The position numbers and the translations under genes are program-made. Source: a virus (Duplodnaviria; Caudoviricetes). From it: DNA of 35,131 bases. Shown here in pieces: positions 17,223 to 26,896 of this stretch. The stretch covers positions 1 through 35,131 of the IMG/VR virus record IMGVR_UViG_3300017766_004089; one strand, given 5' to 3'. Below the pieces are notes generated by a model. It saw nothing but the letters and a program-made list of their open reading frames with translations, was not told the DNA's origin and searched no databases. Every line of letters starts with the position of its first letter. Within the stretch, counting starts at the first letter, position 1.

Positions 17223-18560
17223 ATGGGCACGAAAATTTTTGAGGAAGATTCCAAAAAAGGTGGATCTCCTATGGGTGATCAGGCAAAAGGTCTTGAAAAG
17301 CAGGCAAGGCAACTTGCCTATGATATTCGATATGAAATTAAAAAAGCAAGTGGTGGTAAGCAAATGGATGCTGCCGCACTCAAAAGAGCATACCTTCAAG
17401 GTCTTCAAAAATCTTCTCAAGCACCCGCAATTAAACTGAGAGCAAAGCAAATGTTAATGGGTGAAGATTATATTTCAGATATTAATAATATTGTTTCAGA
17501 AAATGTTGCAAATGCTTTATATAAAGTGTTTGTAGAAGGTGTAGATGATAATACTTCGGAAGTAGAATTAGATTATCTTAAGGAACTTGCTGATACTAAG
17601 GAAACTAAGTATAAGGTAAGAGTTACTGATAGGAAAACTGGAAATTCTTATGTCCGTTATGCAACTCGTGAAAAAATTTCCAAACTTCGTGCCAATCCAA
17701 ATATTTCTTCGGTAGAAATGACCGAACACGGTGAACCAAGAGAAGGTGAAAGAAACAAAGGTGAAGATACTGCTAAGGCAAAGAGAGATTATGATGGTGA
17801 TGGAAAAGTCGAAAGTGGTGCAAAAGAATATCGTGGAGCAGTTCATAATGCAATTCAACGTAAAAAAGGTGGAGTTGCAGACGGTAAGGACACTTCAAGC
17901 GTAAAAGAAGATTTTATAGGTGAAGTAAAAACTACTGATAGTAAGGATAGTAAGAAAAAGAAAGTTACTGGTGAAGGAGTAAATAATTCTTCTATTGTTA
18001 AAGTATTTCCAGATGATAAGACCGCACCTTCACGTCACGGTATGGTAGTTGCAAATAGTTATGAAATGGGTGGTGCAGTTATTAGTGAAAAAGCAGTAAG
18101 TACCTCTCAGCAAAAGTTTATGGGAATGGTACTTGCTGCAAAGAGACGTGGAAAGGCAGCATCTCCAGAAGTTGCAAAAGCAGCAAAAGGAATGAGTGAA
18201 AAAGAAGCAAGAAAGTTTGCTAAGACTAAGCATGAGGGTCTTCCAGTTCATAAGGAAGCAGCAGAATGTGAAAGCGAAGAAGATCCAAGACAAATGAAGA
18301 CCAAGAAGGATAAGGTAAGAACTGCACTTGGTTTAATGGGAATTAAAGCTTCTTATGAACCAGAAGGTAATTTTGTTTCTGAGGAAGAATCTGATAGAGA
18401 AAACGATAGTGCAAGAGAACGTGGCGATTGGAGATCTAGAAGTCAAAGACCAGTAAGACGCAGACCATCTGTATCAGATGATCCTAGATATGGATCTATG
18501 TCCGATTCTGAATGGGCAAGATCATCCCACAATCCAGCAAACAAAAGAAGACGTAGATAA
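17223..18560 (+). CDS. late, highly charged protein with DUF3008-like segment (possible head-internal protein)
   Basis: KAVSTSQQKFMGMV...GMSEKEARKFAKTKHEGLP; DYDGDGKVE; Arg-rich tail; TAAATA 17185-17190. Confidence 0.6.
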   Translation: MGTKIFEEDSKKGGSPMGDQAKGLEKQARQLAYDIRYEIKKASGGKQMDAAALKRAYLQGLQKSSQAPAIKLRAKQMLMGEDYISDINNIVSENVANALYKVFVEGVDDNTSEVELDYLKELADTKETKYKVRVTDRKTGNSYVRYATREKISKLRANPNISSVEMTEHGEPREGERNKGEDTAKAKRDYDGDGKVESGAKEYRGAVHNAIQRKKGGVADGKDTSSVKEDFIGEVKTTDSKDSKKKKVTGEGVNNSSIVKVFPDDKTAPSRHGMVVANSYEMGGAVISEKAVSTSQQKFMGMVLAAKRRGKAASPEVAKAAKGMSEKEARKFAKTKHEGLPVHKEAAECESEEDPRQMKTKKDKVRTALGLMGIKASYEPEGNFVSEEESDRENDSARERGDWRSRSQRPVRRRPSVSDDPRYGSMSDSEWARSSHNPANKRRRR

Positions 18561-18595
18561 TTACTAAATAACACAGGATAGTATTGGGGGTTATT

Positions 18596-18784
18596 ATGAC
18601 TACCGCATTTCTACTTGCAACACTTGGTAATTCCTTAAGTGCTGTAAATTTTCAACTTATTTTAGGAATTCTTTTGGCAGTCTCTGAGGCACTCGGAGCA
18701 GATCCAAGAGTTAAGGCAAACGGCATCATTTCGTTTCTTTTACTTCAAGTTAAGAACTATCTTGCCAGTAAAAAAACAAACTGA
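18596..18784 (+). CDS. small membrane protein
   Basis: Hydrophobic segments, basic C-terminus, SD-like GGGGG; TAAATA 18565-18570. Confidence 0.55.
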   Translation: MTTAFLLATLGNSLSAVNFQLILGILLAVSEALGADPRVKANGIISFLLLQVKNYLASKKTN

Positions 18785-18805
18785 TTTACAATTCATAATT
18801 AATTT

Positions 18806-18838
18806 AAAGAGATCTATAATTATAGATCTCTTTTTTTT
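18806..18838 (+). terminator. 28-bp perfect palindrome terminator followed by late promoter
   Basis: AAAGAGATCTATAATTATAGATCTCTTT then T run, then TATAAATA 18838-18845. Confidence 0.65.
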
Positions 18839-18875
18839 ATAAATATCAATATAAAGAAATTATAGGTAAAGGAAC

Positions 18876-19469
18876 ATGTCTCTTTGGGGCAATAAGGACT
18901 CGGTTTATTCTACTGGCACGATTGCCGTCAATCTTGGTACTAACACCGTAACAGGAACGGTCGGTGTTGTTACATTTACAAGTGCTGGAATTAAAACAGG
19001 AGACGTTATAACTGTTGGTGCTGGTGCAACTTATGGTTATGCAGTTATCACTGGATTTACGTCAACTACAATCTCCATTGCTAGCACTGCGTATTTTGTT
19101 TCTGGATTAACCACAGTTTCTGCTGGCGCTGGATATAATATTTCCGAAGAACCAATTTATAATCTTCGCAATTCTGTTTACAGAGCACCAGAAATGAAGA
19201 CAACTGGTTTTTCGACCAGCAAACTCTTTACTGGAGTCTTCGGTGTCGATAATACCGAGCAAGGAGTTGCCGCAGTAACAACCGTTGGTGGTAAAGCTTC
19301 CGCTTATAAACCAGCACACGCTGGTTGGGTTGGTGTTACAACTTACGTTGACTGTCACGGCAATTTTAGAGTTAAGACTGAAACTTTCGTTGCTATGGGC
19401 AGAGATTCTGCAGGTAGTGGTGGTATTACTACCGATGCTGCTGACGACACTCAATACCCCGATGCTTGA
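18876..19469 (+). CDS. probable virion structural protein (Thr/Gly/Val-rich, beta-rich)
   Basis: MSLWGNKD...HAGWVG...RVKTETFVAM; consensus late promoter TATAAATA. Confidence 0.6.
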   Translation: MSLWGNKDSVYSTGTIAVNLGTNTVTGTVGVVTFTSAGIKTGDVITVGAGATYGYAVITGFTSTTISIASTAYFVSGLTTVSAGAGYNISEEPIYNLRNSVYRAPEMKTTGFSTSKLFTGVFGVDNTEQGVAAVTTVGGKASAYKPAHAGWVGVTTYVDCHGNFRVKTETFVAMGRDSAGSGGITTDAADDTQYPDA

Positions 19470-19475
19470 TAACAG

Positions 19476-19847
19476 ATGAGATTTGATGAATTGAATGAAA
19501 GTAATTATATGCTTTTTGCGATTAAATTTTATAATAATCCACAATCTGTTACTAAGGAAGATTTTGATAACGATTTGAAAAGGATACGTTATGTAAAAAG
19601 ATTACTTAAAAGATATAAGGAAACTGGGGAACTAAAAGTACATCTCATATTAAACCACTTAATCATTTTGTTTAACGTGTTTAATGATGCTACAGTTCCC
19701 TTGTTATTTTATAATTTAGAAAAAGATCTTTGGCCTTCTATAAAAAGTTTTTTAATTTTCTTGAATTGGATTCCTGAATACCCAAAAACTGAACTTAGTG
19801 AAATAGAAGCAGATAAAAATTGCCTTTCTCAATTACAATCAATCTGA
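19476..19847 (+). CDS. conserved T4-like hypothetical protein
   Basis: MRFDELNESNYMLFAIKFY...DLKRIRYVKRLL...LILNHLIILFNVF. Confidence 0.7.
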   Translation: MRFDELNESNYMLFAIKFYNNPQSVTKEDFDNDLKRIRYVKRLLKRYKETGELKVHLILNHLIILFNVFNDATVPLLFYNLEKDLWPSIKSFLIFLNWIPEYPKTELSEIEADKNCLSQLQSI

Positions 19848-20080
19848 TGAATAAAATAGATAGAGTAATTAATATAATTCGCAAACTAAAAGAAGAAACT
19901 GGGGGAATGACTACTGGAAGTTCGGGAGCAATTCCTGGATTTAGTGAAAAATCTCCAGCAGCAGGACCTACTTCTGGAATCACTCCAGTAATTGGAAAAA
20001 TGACAAGAAGAAGTAGTTATGCTAGCGGTGGAACAGGTTCTCGTAAAAAATGGTTAGATTATTTAAATAATAAAAAATAA
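19847..20080 (+). CDS. small hypothetical protein
   Basis: TGATG coupling at 19845-19849 favours start 19847 (MNKIDRVINIIRKLKEE...). Confidence 0.55.
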   Translation: MNKIDRVINIIRKLKEETGGMTTGSSGAIPGFSEKSPAAGPTSGITPVIGKMTRRSSYASGGTGSRKKWLDYLNNKK

Positions 20081-20101
20081 AAAAAAACATTTAGAAGGAA
20101 A

Positions 20102-20515
20102 ATGTTCAGTCAAGGATCTAAATTAGCTGTTCTAGAATCAAAACTTGCCATGTATGAAGATCTTTCCCGTGAAATGTTGGATAAATTAGAAACTGCTGTA
20201 CAAAAAATATCAGAGGGAAATAGTCGTATTGCTACAATTTTGGCAAAGCACGATGAGAGAATAGATCAAAATTACAAAACTGATCAATTAATTATTAAAA
20301 TGGTTGATGAATTGAAAGAGGAAAGTAAAGGTCACTGTTCCGATTTCAAAGATAGAATTGATAAAATAGAGTTGAGATTAGAAGAGTTTGTAAAATTTCG
20401 TTGGATAATAGTTGGAATAGCATTATTTGCATCTTTTGCATTTTCACAGTCTTCGGTTGTTGTGGATATTTTGACACCTGAGCACCAACCTGCTAGAATA
20501 GAAGCAACTAAATAA
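20102..20515 (+). CDS. coiled-coil protein with C-terminal transmembrane helix
   Basis: Heptad-rich N-terminus; WIIVGIALFASFAF; SD AAGGA. Confidence 0.6.
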   Translation: MFSQGSKLAVLESKLAMYEDLSREMLDKLETAVQKISEGNSRIATILAKHDERIDQNYKTDQLIIKMVDELKEESKGHCSDFKDRIDKIELRLEEFVKFRWIIVGIALFASFAFSQSSVVVDILTPEHQPARIEATK

Positions 20516-20525
20516 TGCCCTGACA

Positions 20526-21524
20526 ATGGATTTTGTTGACTCCAAATATATTGGATTGATTTCATCTCGCCTGCAAAAATTTAAAAGGGTTAAAGCAGAT
20601 CTCTACAACTTTCGCTGCCCTATTTGTGGTGATTCGCAGAAGAATAAAAATAAAACCAGAGGATATCTTTATCCTGTTAAGAACAATACTAATTTTAAGT
20701 GTCACAATTGTGGTGCTAGTTTATCCTTTAATAACTTTTTAAAAGAACTGGATCCAAATCTTCATAAGCAATATACTATGGAGAAATTTAAGGACGGACA
20801 TACTGGAAAAAACTTTGTAGTTGAAGAACCTAAATTCAATTTTCAGAAACCAGACTTTTTCGCAAAACGTGAAAATTGTAAAAACGTGAAAAAGTTAGAT
20901 CTACCAAAAGCATCTGAAGTTGCTATAGCAAAGGAATACTTAGAGAAAAGAAAAGTAGATCCAGAAAAGTTTTATTTTGCACACAAATTTAAGGAGTGGA
21001 CTAATACACAAAAACAAACTTTTGATAAAATTGATTATGAAGAACCCCGCATAGTTATACCATTATACGACTTTGATGATGATCTCATTGGATTTCAGGG
21101 GAGAGCACTACTTTCAAAGTCTGTTAAATATATTACCGTGATGTTGAGTGAAGACTCTCCAAAAATTTATGGACTCAATACAATTAAAAAGGATGAGACT
21201 GTTTATGTTACTGAAGGACCATTTGACAGTACGTTCGTTCGCAACTCAATTGCTATGTGTGGAGCTGACGCTGATATTAGCGATTTCGGTTTTAGTGGGG
21301 TTGTTTGGATTTATGATAACGAGCCACGAAATAAGGAAATTGTTGATAGAATCTCAAAAACAATTAATCGTGGAGAAAAAGTAATTATTTGGCCGAATAA
21401 TATCCTTGAAAAGGATATTAATGATATGGTCATCTCTGGACTTAATGTGATGGATGTGTTAGAATCAAATACCTATTCAGGTTTAGAAGCAAAAATTAAG
21501 TTTAACAACTGGAAGAAAATATGA
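20526..21524 (+). CDS. gp61: DNA primase
   Basis: Zn finger CPICGD...CHNCG, TOPRIM VTEGPFDS, YDNE, KDIND. Confidence 0.94.
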   Translation: MDFVDSKYIGLISSRLQKFKRVKADLYNFRCPICGDSQKNKNKTRGYLYPVKNNTNFKCHNCGASLSFNNFLKELDPNLHKQYTMEKFKDGHTGKNFVVEEPKFNFQKPDFFAKRENCKNVKKLDLPKASEVAIAKEYLEKRKVDPEKFYFAHKFKEWTNTQKQTFDKIDYEEPRIVIPLYDFDDDLIGFQGRALLSKSVKYITVMLSEDSPKIYGLNTIKKDETVYVTEGPFDSTFVRNSIAMCGADADISDFGFSGVVWIYDNEPRNKEIVDRISKTINRGEKVIIWPNNILEKDINDMVISGLNVMDVLESNTYSGLEAKIKFNNWKKI

Positions 21525-23818
21525 GCAACGGAACACAAGTCGTTAAAAGAAATGGTAAAACTGAAGCACTCGATTTAAATAAACTCCACGTTATGGTGGA
21601 AGAAGCCTGTAAAGACCTGGCAGGTGTATCAGCATCTCAGGTAGAGATGCAATCAGGCATTCAATTCTATGATGGTATCACTACTGTAGAGGTTCAGGAG
21701 ATTCTGATTCGTTCTGCTTCTGACTTGATTGGTCTGGATCATCCTAACTATCAATTCGTTGCTGCTCGCCTGCTTCTGTTCGCTCTCCGCAAGCAGTTGT
21801 TTGGACGTATGCACGAATGTCCTACAGTCAAGCAACATGTGATTCGTGCGGTTGATAGAGGCGTCTATGATGCAGAAATTCTTGGTCTCTACACCGACGA
21901 AGAGTTTGATAAACTTGAGTCATTCATTGATCATAGTCGTGATTACTTGTTCACTTATGCAGGTCTTAGACAAGTTGTGGACAAGTATCTTGTACAAGAT
22001 AGAAGTTCTGGTGAACTTTATGAAACGCCACAATTCATGTATCTTTTGATTGCGGCGACAATTTTTTCAAAGTATCCTAAAGAAACACGTTTAGATTACG
22101 TTAAGAGGTATTATGACGCAATCTCCAAACACAAAATCAACATCCCAACGCCAATCATGGCAGGAGTGCGAACACCACTTAGACAATATGCTAGTTGTGT
22201 TCTTGTTGATGTTGATGACACCCTCGATTCTATCTTTAGCAGTGATATGGCTATTGGTAGATACGTTGCACAGAGGGCGGGAATCGGCATCAACGCTGGT
22301 AGAATCCGTGGTATCAACAGCAAAATTAGAGGTGGAGAAGTTCAACACACGGGTGTTGTACCATTTCTCAAGAAGTTTGAAGCAACTGTCAGATGTTGCA
22401 CGCAAAACGGCATACGCGGTGGATCCGCGACAGTCCACTTCCCCATCTGGCACCAAGAAATAGAAGATATTCTCGTTCTTAAAAACAATAAAGGTACGGA
22501 GGATAATCGTGTCCGTAAGTTAGACTATAGTATCCAAATCTCTAAACTGTTCTATGAACGATTCATCAGAAACGAAGAAATTTCACTCTTCTCCCCACAC
22601 GCAGTTCCTGGTCTGTATGATGCTTTTGGAACTGATGCTTTTGACGAGTTATATGTACGTTACGAACGAGATGAGTCTATTCCTAGAAAGACTATCGGAG
22701 CTCAAGAACTCTTTTTGGACCTCCTAAAGGAACGTGCAGAAACTGGACGCCTTTACATTATGAATATTGATCATTGCAATTCACACTCGTCCTTTGTTGA
22801 TAAAGTTGAGATGAGTAATCTTTGTCAAGAGATTACTTTACCTACTAAACCAATTCAGCATATTGATGATCCAAATGGTGAGATTGCTCTTTGCATTCTT
22901 TCTGCTATTAACATCGGTAAACTTAAAACTAATGATGAACTAGAAACATTATGTGATCTTTCTATTCGTTCTTTAGATGAATTGATTGATTTTCAAGGAT
23001 ATCCAGTCAAAGCAGCAGAAATCGCCACTAAAGCGCGTAGATCACTTGGAGTAGGATATATTGGTTTGGCACATTTCCTTGCTAAACACGGAGTTAAGTA
23101 TGAAGATCAGGGTGCTTGGCAATTAGTTCATGATCTTACTGAATCATTCCAATATTATCTTATTAAGGCAACTGTCAATCTTGCAAAAGAAAAGGGTGCC
23201 TGTGAATATTCTCATAGAACAAAATATGGGCAAGGAATTCTTCCGATTGACACTTACAAAAAAGATGTTGATGAGTTGGTAAGCCCATCTCTTCATCACG
23301 ATTGGGAAGCACTTAGAGAAGATGTGAAGAAGTACGGAGTAAGAAACAGCACTTTATCCGCCCAGATGCCATCTGAGAGCAGTTCCGTTGTGTCAAACGC
23401 CACAAACGGAATTGAACCACCAAGAGGATACTTATCTGTTAAAAAATCAAAGAAAGGACCTCTTAAGCAGATTGTTCCTCAGTACCAAACACTTAAGAAC
23501 AACTATACGCTTCTCTGGGATATGCCCAGCAATCGTGGGTATATTAGTATTGTTGCAGTTATGCAAAAATTCTTTGATCAAGCAATCTCTGGAAACTGGT
23601 CTTATAATCCAGAAAATTATCCAGATAATGAAGTTCCTACTTCAATAATGGCCCAAGATCTATTGACTACATATAAGTATGGTTGGAAAACCAGTTACTA
23701 TCAGAATACACATGATATGAAAAATGATGAGGTTGAAGAAACCCGTCAAACTCTTGAAAATTTAATTTCCGATATTCTAGAAACGGAGGAGGAAGATTGT
23801 GAGTCTTGTAAGATTTAA
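21521..23818 (+). CDS. nrdA: class Ia ribonucleotide reductase alpha subunit
   Basis: ATP cone VVKRNG, PTP, ASCVL, SNLCQEI, MPSESSS, TNGIEP, KTSYY, C-terminal CESC. Confidence 0.96.
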   Translation: MSNGTQVVKRNGKTEALDLNKLHVMVEEACKDLAGVSASQVEMQSGIQFYDGITTVEVQEILIRSASDLIGLDHPNYQFVAARLLLFALRKQLFGRMHECPTVKQHVIRAVDRGVYDAEILGLYTDEEFDKLESFIDHSRDYLFTYAGLRQVVDKYLVQDRSSGELYETPQFMYLLIAATIFSKYPKETRLDYVKRYYDAISKHKINIPTPIMAGVRTPLRQYASCVLVDVDDTLDSIFSSDMAIGRYVAQRAGIGINAGRIRGINSKIRGGEVQHTGVVPFLKKFEATVRCCTQNGIRGGSATVHFPIWHQEIEDILVLKNNKGTEDNRVRKLDYSIQISKLFYERFIRNEEISLFSPHAVPGLYDAFGTDAFDELYVRYERDESIPRKTIGAQELFLDLLKERAETGRLYIMNIDHCNSHSSFVDKVEMSNLCQEITLPTKPIQHIDDPNGEIALCILSAINIGKLKTNDELETLCDLSIRSLDELIDFQGYPVKAAEIATKARRSLGVGYIGLAHFLAKHGVKYEDQGAWQLVHDLTESFQYYLIKATVNLAKEKGACEYSHRTKYGQGILPIDTYKKDVDELVSPSLHHDWEALREDVKKYGVRNSTLSAQMPSESSSVVSNATNGIEPPRGYLSVKKSKKGPLKQIVPQYQTLKNNYTLLWDMPSNRGYISIVAVMQKFFDQAISGNWSYNPENYPDNEVPTSIMAQDLLTTYKYGWKTSYYQNTHDMKNDEVEETRQTLENLISDILETEEEDCESCKI

Positions 23819-24983
23819 AAAAAGTTTGGAGGATAATCCAATGGTCGAATCAATGACCGTTTTCAACTCCAATGAGGTAGATACTAAAAAACAACCAATG
23901 TTCTTTGGTCAACCACTAGGAATTCAAAGATATGATTCTTACAAGTATCCAATTTTTGACAAACTAACAACACAACAACTAGGTTATTTCTGGAGACCTG
24001 AAGAGGTCTCCCTCCAAAAGGATAGGGGAGATTATCAATCTCTTCGCCCAGAACAAAAACATATTTTTACCAGCAACCTGAAATACCAGGTTATGCTTGA
24101 TTCCGTTCAAGGAAGAGGACCTGGTATGGCATTTGCACCATACTGTTCACTTCCTGAACTTGAAGCGTGTATGAAGGTATGGGAATTTATGGAGATGATC
24201 CACTCCCGATCATACACTTATATCATCAAAAACGTTTATTCAGACCCATCTGAGGTGTTTGATACTATTCTAAAAGATGATCGCATTATGGAACGTGCTG
24301 TAAGTGTGACTGAAGCATATAACGACTTTATTAATAGTGCTCAGCATTATGGAACTTCTGAACTTTGGAAATATGCTCAAGAACAAGTTCCACAAGCATT
24401 AGGAGAAAGATATGAACTCAAGCGCAAACTTTTCCGCGCAGTTGCAAACGTTAATATTCTTGAAGGTATTCGCTTTTACGTCAGTTTTGCTTGTAGTTTT
24501 GCATTTGGCGAACTCAAGCTTATGGAAGGAAGTGCAAAAATCATCTCATTGATTGCCCGTGATGAGAATCAACATCTTGTCATCACTCAAAACATTATGA
24601 ACAAATGGAAAGAGGGTGATGATCCTGAGATGGCAAAGATTGCTAAAGAAGAAGAACAGTGGGTTTATAAGACCTTTGAGAATGCTGTTAACCAGGAAAA
24701 ACTTTGGGCAGAGTATCTGTTCAAGGATGGATCTATGATTGGTCTAAATGACAAACTGCTACAGCAGTATGTTGAGTGGATTGCTAATCGTAGAATGAAG
24801 GCGATTGGTCTTCGCCCACTTTATGATATTCCAGCAAAGAACAATCCACTTCCTTGGACTGAGCATTGGATTTCTTCTAAGGGACTTCAAGTGGCACCCC
24901 AGGAAACGGAAGTAGAATCATACATAGTAGGTGGGATTAAACAAGATGTTACCAAAGATACTTTCTCAGGATTCCAATTATGA
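23799..24983 (+). CDS. nrdB: ribonucleotide reductase beta subunit
   Basis: FWRPEE, LDSVQGR, EMIHSRSY, EGIRFYVSF, RDENQH, APQETE. Confidence 0.96.
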   Translation: MSLVRFKKSLEDNPMVESMTVFNSNEVDTKKQPMFFGQPLGIQRYDSYKYPIFDKLTTQQLGYFWRPEEVSLQKDRGDYQSLRPEQKHIFTSNLKYQVMLDSVQGRGPGMAFAPYCSLPELEACMKVWEFMEMIHSRSYTYIIKNVYSDPSEVFDTILKDDRIMERAVSVTEAYNDFINSAQHYGTSELWKYAQEQVPQALGERYELKRKLFRAVANVNILEGIRFYVSFACSFAFGELKLMEGSAKIISLIARDENQHLVITQNIMNKWKEGDDPEMAKIAKEEEQWVYKTFENAVNQEKLWAEYLFKDGSMIGLNDKLLQQYVEWIANRRMKAIGLRPLYDIPAKNNPLPWTEHWISSKGLQVAPQETEVESYIVGGIKQDVTKDTFSGFQL

Positions 24984-25107
24984 TGAATGGTGTGAACAGG
25001 AGATCCTGAACGCATATAAAGATGCTGCAGAAGCAGATCTTTTTTTATTTGGTGATTATGATTACTCTTACGTTTGGAAAGATTCAAAAAGTAATGATGT
25101 TTATTAA
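24946..25107 (+). CDS. small acidic hypothetical protein (53 aa) overlapping nrdB end, not in ORF track
   Basis: MLPKILSQDSNYDEWCEQEILNAYKDAAEADLFLFGDYDYSYVWKDSKSNDVY, ends just before the terminator. Confidence 0.45.
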   Translation: MLPKILSQDSNYDEWCEQEILNAYKDAAEADLFLFGDYDYSYVWKDSKSNDVY

Positions 25108-25113
25108 ATTTGC

Positions 25114-25140
25114 AAGAGGGTCTTCGGACCCTCTTTTTTT
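25114..25140 (+). terminator. intrinsic terminator with cUUCGg tetraloop
   Basis: AAGAGGGTC-TTCG-GACCCTCTT-TTTTT, the classic T4-type hairpin; followed by TATAAATA 25140-25147. Confidence 0.88.
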
Positions 25141-25172
25141 ATAAATAAATTTATAGGAAAATAAAGTTAAAA

Positions 25173-26786
25173 ATGGATCTATCTCATCAAAGTCTGAAAA
25201 AAATTGAGGAAATTTATCAAAATATTTCTACTGATCAGAATAGTAATTTAGATGAACAGCAAAGTGATGTTTCTCGTCAGTGGGAAAGGGGTGCTAGATG
25301 GATTGGTAAAAATACTGATAAATATATTGCCAATCCAGTTTCCAGTGCTGCTAGATCTGCTGCTGATTATGCAGGCCAGGCTACTTCTGGTGTAGTAAAA
25401 GCAATGACTGGTGGATCTGTGGATTTAGAAAATATAGGAAAAACTGCAGAAAAAATGATTGGTGCTGGCGGGGGAAAACCAACACCGACATCAAAACCAA
25501 CGCCAACATCAAAACCTGCACCCGCAGCAACATCACAAAAACCAGTAGCAAAAAAAGATCTTGGAAGACAAGCTGGTGAGTATCTTGCACCATCCAGAGG
25601 ATCATCTCAAGCAGCAGATCCAGTAGTTAGATCTGGAGGTAGTTATGGGTTTTTTGGGGCAGCAAAACCATCAACTTCTACTGCAAAACCAGCGCCAACA
25701 CTAAAACCATCTAATAATGGTGTTAAGAGGGATGCAAGAGGAGCAGTTATTGTAAATCATTTCGAAAATGAAAATGATTCTTTAGTTACTGAGGCACCTG
25801 CACAAGTAGCTCCTATATCTGGAACAAGTGGCAAGGGATGGTATCAAAAAAATAAATCAGGAGAATATGTACCAATTACTGATCCAGAATTGGCCAAAAA
25901 AGCTTCTGAAAGATGGAAGGCTCAAACTCAAAAATCAAAAGATAGTCGTTTAGATTCTCCTATAGCTGGTCCTGGTCCAAAAGGAAATAAAGTTGGTTCA
26001 AAACCTGCAGCACCTATACAACCTGCAGCAGTAAAACCCGCTCCACAGGCATCTAAACCCGCTCCACAGGCACCACAGGCGTCTAAACCCGCCTCAACGC
26101 CCGCTAAGACCTCATCATCATCATCTTCAACCGCAGAAAAGATTAGAGGTGGGTCTGATGTGTATAACCGTCAAATAAAGATGGGTGATATTAAGGGGGC
26201 AGAAAAAACTGGAATGGATGTTTGGAGAGCAAAATATGCAAGCAGTCTTGCCAAAAATGTAACTCCAAGTGGAACTCAAAAAGGTACAGGTCAAAGTGAC
26301 ATGGCAAAACAAGCTGCCGAACTTCGTGCTTTAAGACCTGCCCCTCAAGCACCAGGAAGTGAAAAACCAGGATATTCTGGACCACCAACCCCAACAGCAC
26401 CTCAGGCACAATCAAAACTAGCAGGGGGTTCTTATTCGGCATCTGCAACCAAACTAATGTCTCAAAAAGCAAAGAACGTCCTCGGCGTTAAAGAGGCATA
26501 TGATGCTTTTGATCTCGTCTTAGAGTATCTCCTCTCACAGGGGCACGTAGGCACCTTAGACGAAGCTCTCTACGTTATGATGGAGATGGATTCTGAAATG
26601 ATTCAGAATATTGTTGAAGGTGATCCAAGCTATCAACTTAAAAGGTTTACTGGAGCAGGATCCTTAACACCATCTGCAGCTGCTCAATTAGGTCAAAAAG
26701 CAGTTGAACTGCAAAGAAAAAAAGCATCTGAAGTTGATCTTCCTAATTTGAAACAATCACCTGGATCTATGGCAAAAGGTGCTTAA
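25173..26786 (+). CDS. late low-complexity Pro/Ala/Lys/Ser-rich protein (possible virion/internal protein)
   Basis: KPTPTS and KPAPQA repeats; C-terminal helical motif YDAFDLVLEYLLSQGH...EALYVMMEM; late promoter. Confidence 0.65.
   Translation: MDLSHQSLKKIEEIYQNISTDQNSNLDEQQSDVSRQWERGARWIGKNTDKYIANPVSSAARSAADYAGQATSGVVKAMTGGSVDLENIGKTAEKMIGAGGGKPTPTSKPTPTSKPAPAATSQKPVAKKDLGRQAGEYLAPSRGSSQAADPVVRSGGSYGFFGAAKPSTSTAKPAPTLKPSNNGVKRDARGAVIVNHFENENDSLVTEAPAQVAPISGTSGKGWYQKNKSGEYVPITDPELAKKASERWKAQTQKSKDSRLDSPIAGPGPKGNKVGSKPAAPIQPAAVKPAPQASKPAPQAPQASKPASTPAKTSSSSSSTAEKIRGGSDVYNRQIKMGDIKGAEKTGMDVWRAKYASSLAKNVTPSGTQKGTGQSDMAKQAAELRALRPAPQAPGSEKPGYSGPPTPTAPQAQSKLAGGSYSASATKLMSQKAKNVLGVKEAYDAFDLVLEYLLSQGHVGTLDEALYVMMEMDSEMIQNIVEGDPSYQLKRFTGAGSLTPSAAAQLGQKAVELQRKKASEVDLPNLKQSPGSMAKGA
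25476..25522 (+). repeat. 18-nt tandem repeat encoding KPTPTS
   Basis: aaaccaacaccgacatca / aaaccaacgccaacatca / aaacctgcacc; similar KPAPQA(S) repeats at ~26034-26092. Confidence 0.6.
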
Positions 26787-26807
26787 TATAAAAACTACAA
26801 TATAATC

Positions 26808-26838
26808 AAAGGGGGGTCTTGACAAGACCCCTTTTTTA
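26808..26838 (+). terminator. terminator overlapping a sigma70 promoter
   Basis: GGGGTCTT-gac-AAGACCCC plus T tract; TTGACA(26819)-N18-TAGAAT(26843). Confidence 0.7.
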
Positions 26839-26896
26839 TTGCTAGAATCGCTTTGCTACCGATGAAGGATAAATAATAGCTCTTAAAGATTATTAT

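Noticed and set aside
17198-17243. Second A_AAA_AAG-TAG-AAT at the end of the nucleotidyltransferase, same context as the lysin slippery site
   Set aside because: The -1 frame stops after 12 codons, no downstream stem is visible, and TAG read-through hits TAA two codons later. No fusion is possible.
7145-24983. Introns or inteins in gp43, gp41, nrdA or nrdB
   Set aside because: All are uninterrupted and of normal length, with no intein motifs seen.
25476-26100. Short repeats as CRISPR or non-coding array
   Set aside because: They are in-frame degenerate coding repeats without spacers.
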